DNA of 62,871 bases, counting the filler, from Pirum gemmata (Eukaryota): the NCBI GenBank assembly GCA_002812295.1. It is 18 parts of 18 records of this genome, joined end to end, with 100 filler letters (N's around TTAATTAATTAA, not from the genome) between each part and the next. Parts side by side here need not be neighbours in the genome. Positions count along the whole stretch, not along the records: positions 46,777 to 49,807 come from PDIN01003697.1; positions 49,908 to 53,617 come from PDIN01003698.1; positions 53,718 to 56,739 come from PDIN01003699.1; positions 56,840 to 59,721 come from PDIN01003700.1; positions 59,822 to 62,871 come from PDIN01003701.1; 13 more parts are not named here. One strand, 5' to 3'. Position numbers and translations under genes: made by a program. Shown piece after piece: positions 47,845-62,057 of this stretch; positions within the stretch are counted from its first letter, which is position 1, and every line of letters starts with the position of its first letter. The notes under the pieces were generated by a model. That model had not been told where the DNA came from. It ran no database searches and saw only the letters and a program-made list of their open reading frames with translations.

Positions 47845-48075
47845 ATTATTACTTTACTATTACTATAACTATATATTACTATTACTATTACTATTACTAT
47901 TACTGTTACTATTACTATATTACTATTGAATATCACTATTACTATTAAAAATTACTATTAAAAATTACTATTAAAAATTACTATTACTATTACTATTACT
48001 ATTACTATTACTATTACTATTACTATTACTATTACTATTACTATTACTATTATTATGATTACTATTACTATTATT
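47845..48075. repeat. (ATTACT)n microsatellite
   Basis: Direct reading. Confidence 0.9.
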
Positions 48076-48929
48076 GTAATGAAATGGACGTTATACACTG
48101 GTCACTTCACTAGAGCATAAAGTCCTAATAATCTAATAACCAAAATTTAATGTTAATTAAACAAAAAATTTAGATTTGGAAATAAGTAAATGATTAAATT
48201 TTCAATATTAATAATAATTATTTTATTTATAATCATCATATTATTTGAAACCAGTTTAATTAATGGAAAGCTTACTAGAAATATCATTATAGCAGTATTC
48301 TAGTCCACGCTTTTAGAGTGCTTTCAGTTTGAGAAACGTACCTTCGAGAACCGGAAATGGTCCAATTTTGATAAAAAATAGCTCAAATTTTAGCATTTTT
48401 CAAGCAAAACAAGGTTGATGAATAGTGGAATTGTCACTTTTTAGTGTTTTTCATATCATATAAATGATTCAATATAGCATTGAAGTTTTGTTACAATTTT
48501 TGTGTGGTTCAATGGTGTACTTTTTTTTTTTGAAAATTGGTTTGTGAGTTATGTTTATATGCCTTATATGGTACTATACGTACGATATACCGTGTATCAA
48601 AGACTCAATGAAAATTCCTGGGGTCTTTGTATATATTCAAAATAAACGATTATATACCAAAGGCCACACACACATCTGGTTCAATATATTTTAAAATATT
48701 ATAAATATATTTATAATAATTAGACATTAGTCTACTTTAAAATACAGAATTGTGGATAATTGCAGTATTACTATAGACTAATTGCGGTTTCCAGTTTTTT
48801 AAAAAAACTGTGGTGGGATTTCTGGGGAAAATTTAGTGGGAAATCACTTCAAAGTTCAAAGCTCAACTTCAAAGTTCAAACCAGTGGAAATTTGGAAAAT
48901 CGATTTTTTTTTTTCAATTTTATTTTTTT

Positions 48930-48976
<47 letters not shown>

Positions 48977-50049
48977 TTTTTTTTTTTTTTTTTTTACCTT
49001 TTTAGAGTGTCTTTTAGCACTCAAATTATCGAGCCAAATAGGTTACAATTTACAAACAATCTACAAACAGTTTCTCTACAAACTGACCAATACTATTTTA
49101 ATTAAAGACTGTCCTACCACATACCTTGGTATTATAGATAATTAAAATTTTACTTTTTAAATTAATATTAGATATAATTTACTGGTTGTATTGTATTAAT
49201 TTGGTGCTCTTTTAATATTGTATATTTATGATGAGAAAACAACTGAAAAGCACGATGCATGATAATGGTAATAGGGCAGCACGATGTATGATAATGATAA
49301 TATCATAGAATAGCTCTAGCTAGACCAGAGTATCGTGTTTTTCAATAGTTTTTGTCCAGTTCAAAAACTGAAATAAAATTACCAATTTAATATTATAGTA
49401 AAACTATTAGACATGTTTTAATTAATTTGGTATTATGTAATTAATATTGTATTTCATAAACACGTCCAATTATACACTTAGGCACTACCAGATTAAAGAT
49501 CGAAAGGACAATGAAATAAACAGCAAACAAAATAACTATGATACAAAATATCATTTAAAAAATATATTTATACTACTAGCTAGCTACGAGAGCTAGCTAG
49601 CTAGAGGGTCTATGTAGTGGTTCCTATACTATGATAGTATGATACTATGATAGTATAGTTATCGATATTTATCGATACTGTTTTTAGCACTCAGTAGCAG
49701 TAGCTCTTTTCTAAAGAAAGCATTGATACACTTCGGATCTTGGAGTCTTGGGAGCACTTTTTTTTGGTCTTTTTTGTGGTTTTTTCTTTTTTTTTTTTTT
49801 TTTTTTTNNNNNNNNNNNNNNNNNNNNNNNNNNNNNNNNNNNNNNNNNNNNTTAATTAATTAANNNNNNNNNNNNNNNNNNNNNNNNNNNNNNNNNNNNN
49901 NNNNNNNCCACCACCATCCCCACCACCATCCTTACCACCATCCCCACCACAATTTAGGATTATATTTATAAAAGATATTTTTTCCAAAAATACTAGTATT
50001 AATTAATACTGTTATTTTAATTTGCTATAATGTAGGCTGGGCCTACTAC

Positions 50050-51190
50050 TTTTAGGGTTAGGGTTAGGGTTAGGATATAGGGTTTTACTTAGGGCTTGGT
50101 TAGGATAAAGGGTTAGGGTTAGGGTTAGGGTTGTTAGGGTTATAATTAAGATAATATAGAGCTAGAGTTAGTAAGGTTATAATTAGGGTTAGGGTATAGG
50201 ATTAGGGTTAACTTTAGGGTTAGGGTTAACTTTAGGGTTAGGATTAGGAATATTATATTATATATAATAGGGACAGGGTTATAGGGTCAGGATTAGGAAT
50301 ATAGGGTTAGGGTTAAGGAAAACTGTTAAGGTTGTAATTAGGTTTAGAGTACTAGTTAGGGTTAGGGTTAGGGTTAGGGTTAGGGTTAGCTATAGGGTTA
50401 GGGTTATGATTAGGGTTGCAATTGGGAACATGCTCAGGGTTAGGGTTAACGTTAACGTTATAATAGCTATAGGGGTTATTAACGTTAGCTATAGGGTTAT
50501 AATTAATTAGCGTGAGGGAGTATTGGGTTACAATATTACAAAATTATTAATTAATAGGGTTAATTTTAAGGTTTTAAAAGGTTACAATTTAGGCCCAGAC
50601 TCAAGCTAACCTATATATAAGAGCCGAGTTATTGAGTTGCTATTGCCAGTTATATAAGCTTAAAAGATTATAAATTTAAATTTAAATTTTATTATATATT
50701 AATTAATATTAATAAAATTTTAAAAAATTATTATTGTATTAAATAATTATAATGGTTTTAACGTTAGGAGCTTTTTATAACTAAGGTTAAAGCTATAAGG
50801 GTTAGTACTAGTGTACGTGGCTATAATTAGTGATACTGGTGTTTTTAGGGTGAGGGTTAATAACGTTATGTAAGGGTAAAAGCCTAGGTTATGTAATTAG
50901 GGTTAGGCTAGTGGTTGAGGTAATATAATTAATATTAGATTTGGGGTAGGAGATACGTGGGGTTATTAATAGTGATTTTGAGTTACAGGGGTTAATAAGG
51001 CCCAGGGTTAGGTCGGGGTTATCTGTTAAGGGTTAAGAGTTAGGGTTACTTGTTAGGGGTTAATATTAATTGTTATAATTAGGGCTAGGGCCAGTGATTA
51101 ATTTAAAAGGAGTTGTTAGGGATTAGGGATTAGGGATGGGGATGGGGATGGGGTGTAATTGAGGCTAATAAGTTTAGAGTTAGGGTTGTA
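50050..51190 (+). repeat. Long degenerate TTAGGG-derived region; an opposite-strand equivalent lies at ~58285-58485
   Basis: Perfect and mutated TTAGGG units are interspersed over ~1.1 kb. Confidence 0.8.
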
Positions 51191-52114
51191 GTTGCAACAT
51201 TAACGTTGTCATTGCCGATGTCGTTGTCGTTGTTGCTGCTATTGTTGTCTTTGTTACTGTTGTCGTTGCAATTGATATTGATATCGTGTTATTGTTGTCG
51301 TTATTATTATTAATTAATATCATTATCATTATTAATTGTTGTTGTTATTAACATTGTTATTGATAATATATATATTAATATATTAATATAATTATAATAT
51401 TATAATTTATTGTCATTGTCATTATATTGTCACTGTCATTGCACAAGCCATTTATATCCTTGCCGTTATTGTTAACATTGTCATTGGCATATATAATATA
51501 ATATACTATAATATTAAATATTGTCTAGATCTTTGTTGTTGCAATTATTGTTGTCACGGGCATATGCATATTAATATACATCGATCGTTTCCAAGTTGTG
51601 GCTGATATAAGTGTTAGGACTAGGTTTCGGATTATGATTATGAGTTTGATTACGAGTATAAATGAAATTTAAATTGTTTATATTGGTATGATCACTGTAG
51701 GTTATATTCAAGGCAAAANNNNNNNNNNNNNNNNNNNNNNNNNNNNNNNNNNNNNNNNNNNNNNNNNNNNNNNNNNNNNNNNNNNNNNNNNNNNNNNNNN
51801 NNNNNNNNNNNNNNNNNNNNNNNNNNNNNNNNNNNNNNNNNNNNNNNTTTTTTTTTTTTTTTATTTATGCGTATTTTGGGCCACTCCAGGCTGAAGGCCT
51901 GGTCAGCTCATTTGGGTGTCCCTCCAGTGGCGACCGGATCTAGCACCCCTTCTTTCGATTTAAATATTACAAATTGGTTATTAGAAGGTATTGTGACGTT
52001 AATAATAATATAATAATTATTATAATAATTATGGTTGTGGTAATTACATGGTTAAACATGGTTATTAAAAATTGATGAAGTAACCTAATATAGTAAGTAA
52101 AGTTCGCTAACGTT

Positions 52115-53015
52115 TAATTATGGTTATGATTATGGTTAACTTAATGGTTATGGCATTGATTTGTTAATTTAATGGCTATGACATTGATTTGGTTATGGTT
52201 ACGGTAGTACCTACTAGTGGTATCGTTATGGTCATATGTATGGTTACATATATAATATATATGTAATTATGGTTATGGTTACTGTTATGATTACACATTG
52301 TTATTGTTATGGTTAAGGTTATTATATATATGGTTGTGGTTATGATTTTGGTTATATGGTTATAGTAGTAACCGTTATGGTTAATGTAATGGTTATGACA
52401 TTGATTTGGTTATCCATAAATATCACCGTGATCATAACCCTAACCCTAACCCTAACCCTAACCCTAACCTTTGAGGTTATATATATAGTTGTGGTTATGA
52501 TTTCAATTATATGGCTAGTGACCAGTATGGTTCATGTAATTGTTATGACATTGATTTGCTTATCCATAAGTACCACCATGATCATAATATAACGATAAGA
52601 CTAGTAAATACTACCGTAACCATAACCAAATCAATGCCATAACCTTTAAGTTAACCATAATCAGTATTATATCCTTATAAATAAAACCAAAACCATAACC
52701 ATATATAACCTTAATCTTAACCATAACCATATAATATACGTAAACATGATCATAACTATAACACCTAGTAATTACTACAGTAAACATAATCAAATCAAAG
52801 TCATAACCATTACATTATCCATAACGGTTATTATAACCATATAACCAAAATCATTTACATAACCACAACCATATTATATAACCTTAACCATAACAATAAC
52901 CATATATATAACCATGACCATAACCATAACCATAATTATAACCACAATCATAACCGTAACCGTAACCGTAACCATAACCATAACCGTAACCATTACTGTA
53001 ACCATAACCATAACC
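52115..53015. repeat. GGTTAT/ATAACC satellite-like region containing shuffled inverted blocks
   Basis: 52612-52663 is the reverse complement of parts of 52127-52207, and 52785-52900 mirrors ~52300-52415. Confidence 0.75.
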
Positions 53016-54170
53016 NTATTATTATTATTATTATTATTATTATTCCTAGTAGTAGTAATAGTAGTAGTAGTAGTAGTAATAGTAGTAGTAGAGTTAGTAG
53101 TATTAGTAGTAGTAATATATATATATATATATATATATTAAGTGTTACTTGAATAGGCATCTACTGCTTTCTGAAATTTATTAGCTTGAAAAATGCTCAA
53201 AAATGTTAAAGAAAGTAGGGAACCGATCATCGCCATGAAAAACATCTTAAACATGATAAACTTTTCAAAAGTCATTTGTTTATAAATATTTCCTGTTTTT
53301 TTTTTTATTCGTTTAAAAAATTAAATTTGAATTTAATATTTTTAATTTTTAATTTTTAATTTTGAACCATCACTATCACCATCACCACCACCATCATCAC
53401 CATCATTATCATCATCATCATCGTCATTATCAGCAGCAGTAGTAGTAGCAGCAGCACATCAACAACACCATCACCATCACCACCATTATCATCATCACCA
53501 CCATCATCACTATCATTATCATTATCATCATCACCACCATCATCACTATCACCATCACCACCATCATCATCACCACCACCATCATCACCATCATCATCAC
53601 CATCACCATCACCATCANNNNNNNNNNNNNNNNNNNNNNNNNNNNNNNNNNNNNNNNNNNNTTAATTAATTAANNNNNNNNNNNNNNNNNNNNNNNNNNN
53701 NNNNNNNNNNNNNNNNNTTTAAAAAATTGGTTAAAATTAGTAAAGAAAAGGAACAAATATTTAGCTCTCCAACACAAGCAACTTAAAGAATTTTGTTAGT
53801 TGTCGTCCATGATACATTTTGGTTTAGAGTTTTTCTGCCGAGGTTATGATCTACGAGCTAGAGTAGAGTGCTGGTGGACCTAGATTATGACCTATAGACT
53901 TTTAGGGTATAATATACTATCAGTAAAAGAATTTATATATGAAAAAAATATATATCTGTTTTTTTTCATTACGAAAACTTACGGAGGGGATTAATAATAA
54001 ATCTTAGAGCCTATTAAATTTTTAGTTTAATTTTAAACTTAAAAATGTAATAATCTATTTTAAAGGGGTAGAAGTTATAGGGACCCTAGCCATCTTCAAT
54101 CGACGTCAGTATTATTATAAATAGACATTTAGCCAATAATAAGCAAGTGATAATTCTACCTAGTCCAAAA

Positions 54171-54314
54171 AGTATTCTCAGAATACCACTGTCTTATAAA
54201 CAAGTATTCTGAGAATACCACTGTCTTATAAACAAGTATTCTCAGAATGCCACTGTCTTATAAATCTTATAAACAGGTATTCTCAGAAACCACTGTCTTA
54301 TAAACAGGTATTCT
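54171..54314. repeat. ~30-bp tandem minisatellite (AGTATTCTCAGAATACCACTGTCTTATAAACA), about 4.5 copies
   Basis: Units are directly adjacent with no unique spacers. Confidence 0.88.
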
Positions 54315-54599
54315 ATTTATTACAACGTTGTATTTTGTATGAAACCAAAATATCAATGTTATAATAAAGTATCAATGATTGCATTGTAAAATGGGTATAA
54401 ATAGAGTTCGATTCTCTTGACTATTTCCAAAAGGTCAAACAAAAACAAAAGTACAAAAAACACAACACACACAATAATCCCCATAGTATACAATTTTACA
54501 ATACAAACAGATACTTTAACTATTGATACCTCCTTTGTTTTTGGGTGTTTTGATATTGTCTTGTGTAAATTGGCTGTTAGTGAAAAAGGTTGTGATTTT

Positions 54600-55370
54600 T
54601 TGTTGTAGGGGTTGAAGTAACTTATCTGTTATAAAGGTGTTGGCCATGGAGTATTGGGATTTTGCTATCATTAAAGTGTTGGTTAAATTATTTCTTTCTA
54701 ATAAAGGTAAGGTCTCGATTTTTTGGTTGTTTCCATTATATTCATTATTTTTCTTTCTAATTCGTTGTAGTTTTCTGTTTGACTTGCTGGGGAGATTCCT
54801 ATAAATACCTCTAGATTTTTTGTTGTTTCTAATATTTCTAATATATATACTTTCTGGTTATTCTGTAGAATGCCGTTTTATTCTAATAAGGTTGACATTT
54901 TATGGAAATAAATTGTTTTTGTTTTATCTTTTTTTAATTTTTAACTTAAAAAGCCACCAATATTTTTACCAAAACTTGTTATTGTGTTGATTACTAATAA
55001 GATGACCAGTTCATTGTTGCCTATATGCAGGGGGATGTGTTTTAGTAATAAGATGGATTATAACTCTTATAATTAAAAGTTCTATATAAGTGACAAAAAG
55101 AAATGTCAATTAACATTGGGCATCCTTGTCTTATACTTCTTGTTGTAATTATGGGTGATGTGTATAAGCCATTGATTTTGAGGTGTACTGTATAAAATTT
55201 GGATTATTATTATAAATTCTTCTGGGTACAGGATTCTAGAATGTTATATAGTAAGGACCATCTTGCTCTGTCAAAAGCTTTTCCCATGTCAGTTGAGGTT
55301 GTTGATTTATTCGTAAAAAAGTTGAGTTTCAATAAAAGAGATTGTATGATATCATTTAGTCTATGTCTTA
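54600..55370 (-). mobile_element. Decayed non-LTR retrotransposon (L1/Tx1-like) reverse-transcriptase fragment
   Basis: Minus-strand translation across frameshifts gives TDMGKAFDRARWSLLYNILES..PEEFIIIIQILY...KINGLYTSPIITTRSIRQGCPM...FLFVTYIELL, matching LINE RT motifs DxxKAFD and (G)xRQGCP. Confidence 0.8.
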
Positions 55371-55371
55371 C

Positions 55372-55637
55372 CCCTAACCCTAACCCTAACCCTAACCCTA
55401 ACCCTAACCCTAACCCTAACCCTAACCCTAACCCTAACCCTAACCCTAACCCTAACCCTAACCCTAACCCTAACCNNNNNNNNNNNNNNNNNNNNNNNNN
55501 NNNNNNNNNNNNNNNNNNNNNNNNNNNNNNNNNNNNNNNNNNNCCCTAACCCTAACCCTAACCCTAACCCTAACCCTAACCCTAACCCTAACCCTAACCC
55601 TAACCCTAACCCTAACCCTAACCCTAACCCTAACCCT
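55372..55637 (-). repeat. (CCCTAA)n array (gap at 55476-55543) abutting the LINE fragment
   Basis: Direct reading. Confidence 0.95.
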
Positions 55638-56237
55638 ACTCCACATGTTTGGCCTGGGCTTTAATAATAATATAATGTGGGGCGTTACTTTGTGTAACAA
55701 TTTATCATATCAGCTACCAGATATGGGAACGTTCAAATAATATCACGTCAAGGGGTAGGTAGGTAGGCGGTATTTGACCGGAAATTAACTTCAAGAGGTA
55801 GGTAGATAGGGGTATTTGAAGCTGTACTTGACTGGAAATTGGCGTTACGTAGTAGGCCTACTCCTAGCTAGCTAGCTAGCTAGTATGATAGTAGCTAGCT
55901 AGTAGTACTGGTCTACTGGCTGGTAGTCTATCGATAGTATCGATATCTGAATCTGATCGTAGCTTTTTCAAGCACCTTAGAAAAAAATCTTTGAAGCCCC
56001 AGGCCCCCAGTTGGAACTTAGAAGCTTGTAGATAATGTAGAGGGATAGTCGAAATCAAGAACTGGAAAACGATCCAAAAACCTTGACGGAAAGCCTACGT
56101 TCTTGTCGATATTTTGGTTTGATCGAGCTCAAAATTGGACAATATTCCTATCATATTATCGAGTATTATGATAAAAATACAAACATGGCTCGACTCGGTT
56201 ACATGAGTAATCATCATCCCAAAAAAAATTTGGTTCG

Positions 56238-56640
56238 ATTTTTCTTTCGGAAATCAGAATTTTTTTTTTTTTTCTCATAATCATAATAATATTATTATCA
56301 CTGCAACCTATATTTCGGTTTCGTTCGAAACTTTGAATCAAAAACTGGTCGTTCGAAAAATTCGATCTATTAAATCTGGATATCTGGTATTGGCGGCATT
56401 TTTTTAACAAAACAGCATGGCCGAGACTGATGCGACTCGAGCATGGTTGACCAGGCCGTTATCAGTATCAGATCTATATATAGGTTTGATTTTTGGTTTC
56501 TTGATTTTCTTTCGAAAAATTAATCAGATTTTTTTTTCTTATGATAATAATATTATATTCAAATTATTTATTTACATTTTGGATTCGTTCGAAATTTTGA
56601 ATCAAAAATCGGGCCGTTCGAAAAATTCGATCTGGATTTT
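56238..56640. repeat. Imperfect ~130-bp direct repeat (spacing ~265 bp), TTCGAA-rich, probably transposon-internal
   Basis: TTCGTTCGAAA(C/T)TTTGAATCAAAAA...CGTTCGAAAAATTCGATCT occurs twice. Confidence 0.65.
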
Positions 56641-57846
56641 TTTTGTTGTACATACTATAACTTGTAACCAAAAATCTATCTATATTTATCAATTTATTAT
56701 AAATTTTCTAGATTTTTTTATATTATTATTTATTATTTANNNNNNNNNNNNNNNNNNNNNNNNNNNNNNNNNNNNNNNNNNNNTTAATTAATTAANNNNN
56801 NNNNNNNNNNNNNNNNNNNNNNNNNNNNNNNNNNNNNNNAATAATAATTAACAATAATTAATAATAATTAATAATAATAAATAATAATAAATAATAATAA
56901 TAAATAATAATAATAATAACATTAAATCAAAAGTCGACTAACCTTTTATAGATGGATTACCGACCCAACCCAAAAACTCACTCGGATGATCGTTATAAAG
57001 CATGCAGTGTTGATGACCGAAACCAATTTATATTTAAAAGAAAATATAAATTCGTCTGATCTAGTAATAAACTAAACTAAAAAAAAAGCCTCAAGAAAAA
57101 ATGAAAGAAAATTTTAATGTTTTATTAAGAAGTAAAAGTTAGGGAAATAATAACACTGATAATTCATGTAATATAAATAGTACTTATAATTCGGAAAAAA
57201 GGTTTAAAGATCATAGGAACATCCTAGGGAGTTCGTTGAAAGATGATATGATATTGTTGTTGTTGAGGTTGATGATGTTATGGATGTTATGGATGATAAC
57301 GATGGTGGTGATAGTGGTGGTGATAATTACGATGATGCCATTGAGAATGATGAATTAATTAACATTGATAATGATGAACTTATTAATTAATCAATAATAA
57401 TAACCTGACAATTTGATTAAAAAAAGATACTACAAAACATGTACAAAACAACACGATTTTTTTTTTTTTTTTTCTTATTTTTTGGGGGCTTCAAATCGTA
57501 TTTATACATTTCTTTTTAATGCGAAAATGCGGATTTCGTTGTAGCCAGTAGCCCTAATTCTAACCCTATTTTTTCCAGTAGATCCCGGTTTCTATTAGCT
57601 ATCTAGCCCCTAACTAACCCTTTAGAACCTCCTCTGCACCAAACTTTCTTCTTGTGCTTTTTCGCATATTTCAAGCAAGGCCGAAAAAAGCATTGGAGAG
57701 AAAAAGCAGGCAAACAAAGATAATCATAAGAAAGAAAAAACAGTGTTACTTTTAACAATTAGTGGCTGTGGTGGTAGTTTATTTAGGGTTAGGGAAAGTG
57801 TTGCTCTTGCAGTTATTATTGTGTTGTTGGTATCCTGATATTTCTA

Positions 57847-58050
57847 TAGTTATTGTTATTGCTATTGTTATTGCTATTGTTATTGTTATTTTTATTGTTA
57901 TTGTTATTGTTATTGTTATTGCTATCGTTATTGTTATTGTTATTGTCATTGTTATTGTTATTGTTATTGTTATTGTTATTGTTATTGTTATTGTTATTGT
58001 TGTTGTTATTGTTATTGTTGTTGTTATTGTTATTGTGTTATTGTTATTAT
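57847..58050. repeat. (GTTATT)n microsatellite
   Basis: Direct reading. Confidence 0.92.
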
Positions 58051-60448
58051 GTATATTAACTTATTTTAGTATTAGTATGTGTAGTGCTAGTACAGCCTTA
58101 CTAGTAGCCATGCCATGGCCACCTATAGCTACAAATAATAAATTAATACTTTTCATTATAATTATTTACAAGCATATAGATGAAACTAATAAACTTTGAA
58201 ATAAACTTTAATTAAAAAAGCCGTCTACTTATTACCACTCTGTACTAACTATTATTAATATTAGCCCGGTCTAGCCACTAATATTTTAACCCTAATATTA
58301 ATATCCATATTAATTAATATTAATATCCATATTAATATAACCCTAACCCTACAGCTAACCTTAACCTTAACCTTAGCCTTAAAACCTTATAGAATAACCT
58401 TAACCCACCTTATTAACCTTAATAACCTTAACCTTTTAACCTTAACCTTAGCCTTTTAACAACCCTTATAATAACCTAACCCAAATAATATAGGTACTTA
58501 TTATTAATCATATAATCACTCTAAAACACTTCTAAAACCCTATTAGACTACCATAGTATCATAACCAATTGCAACTTACTCAACTCCGAAACTAATTAAT
58601 GCAAGTCTTTAAGTGTCTTAGGTCATATCATAATCAGATTCAATGCTTCTGATAGACTATCGTCTAATAAAAGTTTCGTCTACTTCGATAAAAAAAGCAA
58701 GAGAAAATTTTTAAAATCTGGAATCAGGGACTAGAGTAGGGTGGCCTGATTTATTTATAAATAAGTTGTTCTAAAGATAAGTTTATGATAATAAACAATA
58801 ACGTTAGGCGCGGTTTAATGGGGAAGTGTTAGAGTAATAGTCTACTAAAGTTATTATTTAGCATAATTTGGGTATGTATACTCATATTTATCATATCATA
58901 TCATACCGTATATCGATAATTATATCGATATCTATAGTTGTATAATATATATACATACACTAAATAAATATCGATAAATAAATAAATAAATAAATAAAAT
59001 AAATAAATAAATAAAATAAATAAAATAAATAAAATAAATAAAATAAATAAAATAAATAAAATAAATAAAATAAATAAAATAAATAAATGAATGAATGAAT
59101 AAATAAATAAATAAATAAGTATTAGACAAGTATTAGACACTTATTAGACTATCAATTCAAAGCTCTACTTGGCTCTACTCGCAGCTAATTTTTTTTTAAA
59201 AAAAATATGCATAATATGTCATACTAATAATTATTATAATAATAGGAGGGGTGAGAACTCTTATGGCGAACTTTTTTGACCGAGGCACAAAGTAAATGTT
59301 GTTCGCCTGTTTCGCCTTACCATATTTAGNAATTATTTATTTAGTAGCTACTTATTTAAGTAGTTACTTTAAAAAGAGTTTATTATACTATTTATAGTAA
59401 CTTTAGGCAAATTTCTGGAAGTTCGCCGGTCCTAGCATCCAATTAGTAAGATGACGTCATCTCATCCCTCCTATAATAATAAATAGATAAGAGTACTCAT
59501 AGAGTCATAGTGTACTTACTCATGGACCTATGATAGTTCACTACTGAGTACTGACAGTTCAGTGTTCAATGTTCATAGACTCGCAGGATAGTCTACATAA
59601 ATGATTAATAATAATAGACTATGATAGGGGAGCGTTCAATAATTACGTAACGCCGATTTTGGACAAAAGCCTACCCTACTACCCCCGTGTAACGGCCTGT
59701 CACGTTTGAGAAGGACTACCTNNNNNNNNNNNNNNNNNNNNNNNNNNNNNNNNNNNNNNNNNNNNTTAATTAATTAANNNNNNNNNNNNNNNNNNNNNNN
59801 NNNNNNNNNNNNNNNNNNNNNCTAGTACTATTACTATTACTATTACTATTACTATTACTATTACTATTACTATATATTACTATTACTATTAATTACTATT
59901 ACTATTACTGTATATGTATTGATATTAGTATTGTCCATGCTTGTTACTACTAGGGTACTACTAGCTAGAGCATAAAAATACTATAAAAATCCATCTCTGA
60001 AGTTCTCTGAAATCTAATAATCTGTAGACGATAATTATTATAGACTACATATAAATAAATAATATATATATGAATCACAGATATGAATCATGATCGATAG
60101 ACTAGAAATTACTGCTAGTAACGGGTGCTTCAGAATAGAAGTTGTAGTAGTAAAAGTTGTCTGAACTTGTCTCACATGCGGTCAACGACATGACATGCTC
60201 ACTGAGAATCTGGTGGTCTGTAGACAAGACAGATCTGTGGATTTTAGTGGGATCTGTTAGTGGGATCAGTATCATCATTGACATTTTGAGAGCCTGCAGT
60301 TAGCCTGCCTAGATCTGCCTACTAGTAGCTAGCTTGCCCACAATGAGTCCACTGCCTGCCTATTAAACTGTCTAGCTAGACTAGCTAGCTAGCTAAAATT
60401 TAATATACATTTCATACTCATTTCATAAATAAAAATAAAAATAAAGAA

Positions 60449-60481
<33 letters not shown>

Positions 60482-60777
60482 TCAAGAAAAAAGAAACAAT
60501 AAGAAAATAATTAAAGTATAAACAAATTTATAAATTCATAAACTTTTTGTTATACAAACAAATAAAAATAAATGAAATTTAATAAAATCCTTTATAAATA
60601 AAAAATTAACAAGTAAAATTTAATAAACAGAAAAATAACTAAAACCAAACCAAATAACTAACTAAACCAAATAAATAAATAAACCAAATTACTAACTTGC
60701 TAAATACCTAAACACCCAATTAAGTAAATTTAATAAACAAAATAAAATATTAAAATATTAATAAATCGACTAAATAA

Positions 60778-60960
60778 ATGTGTAACGGTAATACTAATTC
60801 CGTTGTCAGCATTGATCCTGATTTTAATCAGAAGCTAGAGAGCATAGGTCAAATTGAGGTAACAGAAATGCCCGAAAACTATCAGAAGAAGCCTAATAAC
60901 AATGATTCCTTGTGCAAAGAAGTAAGGTACCCGGATATTAGCAACACCTCCCTTGAGCAG
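60778..60960 (+). CDS. Probable first exon (hydrophilic N-terminus) of the PTR/POT transporter gene
   Basis: An ATG follows an A-rich leader, the codons are non-repetitive, and the exon ends CAG|GTAAAT. Its phase differs from the 62485 exon, so an intervening exon is needed. Confidence 0.45.
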
Positions 60961-62026
60961 GTAAATATCAATATCAACAATTTTATAATCTTGAATCATT
61001 GTATGTATGGTCAATTTCCTTTACTTTATTTATCATCGTTATTATAACCCTTTGCTCACTTAACTTGTGTGTCTAGAGCCATTACAAAATACGAAACAAC
61101 AATTTGTTGAATATAAACATAACATAATACAATATAATTATTTTGAATATAATATAATGAAATTTAATAATATATAATATAATATAATAAAATATTGGAG
61201 ATCTGCAATTACTCAATAATAATAGTAAAGTAATAGTAATATAACATAGTATTATATTAATTAGTATTAGTATAATAACAATAATTATTTGTCATGCTAG
61301 TGTTTTTCAGTTATTTTAAACTTGTACATCGCAAATACGAACAAAAAGTACTTATATAATCATGAAACAATTTAGTTGATTTGGAATTTTTAGTCATTTT
61401 TCTTACGAATAATCAACTAGAATTGGAAGGACATTCTTGACAATCAAAATAATTTATAATATTCCAATATTAGTATTATTAATAATGTTTTTATTTTATT
61501 ACATTATTTAAATCTGAAGGGAAATAAATCTGAAAAAAAAAGTCACGACAGGGAAAAGGGTTTGCCTTGGTATAAGAAGAAAACTTGGAAGTAATTTTAT
61601 TATTTTCGTTTGTTTTATAATTTCGTTCATTATGTTTCATTTTTATTTCTTTCTATTTTCTTTTTTTTTTTTCTTTGTATAATATAATTTTTATTGATTT
61701 TTTACTTTTCAAAAAGATACTACTGTCACTATCGTCATCATCATAATTAGTAATACCACCGCTTCGGCTTTCAATTAAACTATTGTCATCATCATCTTTA
61801 GTAATACCACCGCTTCGGCTATCAATTAAATTATTATCGCAATATTATATATAATATATACATATAATTATAATATTATAACCGTTCCCAATGGCTTGCT
61901 TAATTAACATTGAACACAATGTCATAACAATCAGTAAAATTACAATTAGCGGTATACATATTATATTAGGGTAGAAAAATCAGATTATCACATCCACTGT
62001 ACATAAGCTGTCCATACATATTATGC

Positions 62027-62057
<31 letters not shown>

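Noticed and set aside
54171..54314. CRISPR-like ~30-bp repeats with internal dyad (GTATTCTCAGAATAC)
   Set aside because: Units are contiguous with no unique spacers, there are no cas genes, and the context is eukaryotic.
37736..58199. Numerous low-complexity ORFs (DY, LT, PN, VR, VI, poly-F/K repeats)
   Set aside because: They are translations of GATTAT, TTAGGG, GTTATT and homopolymer tracts.
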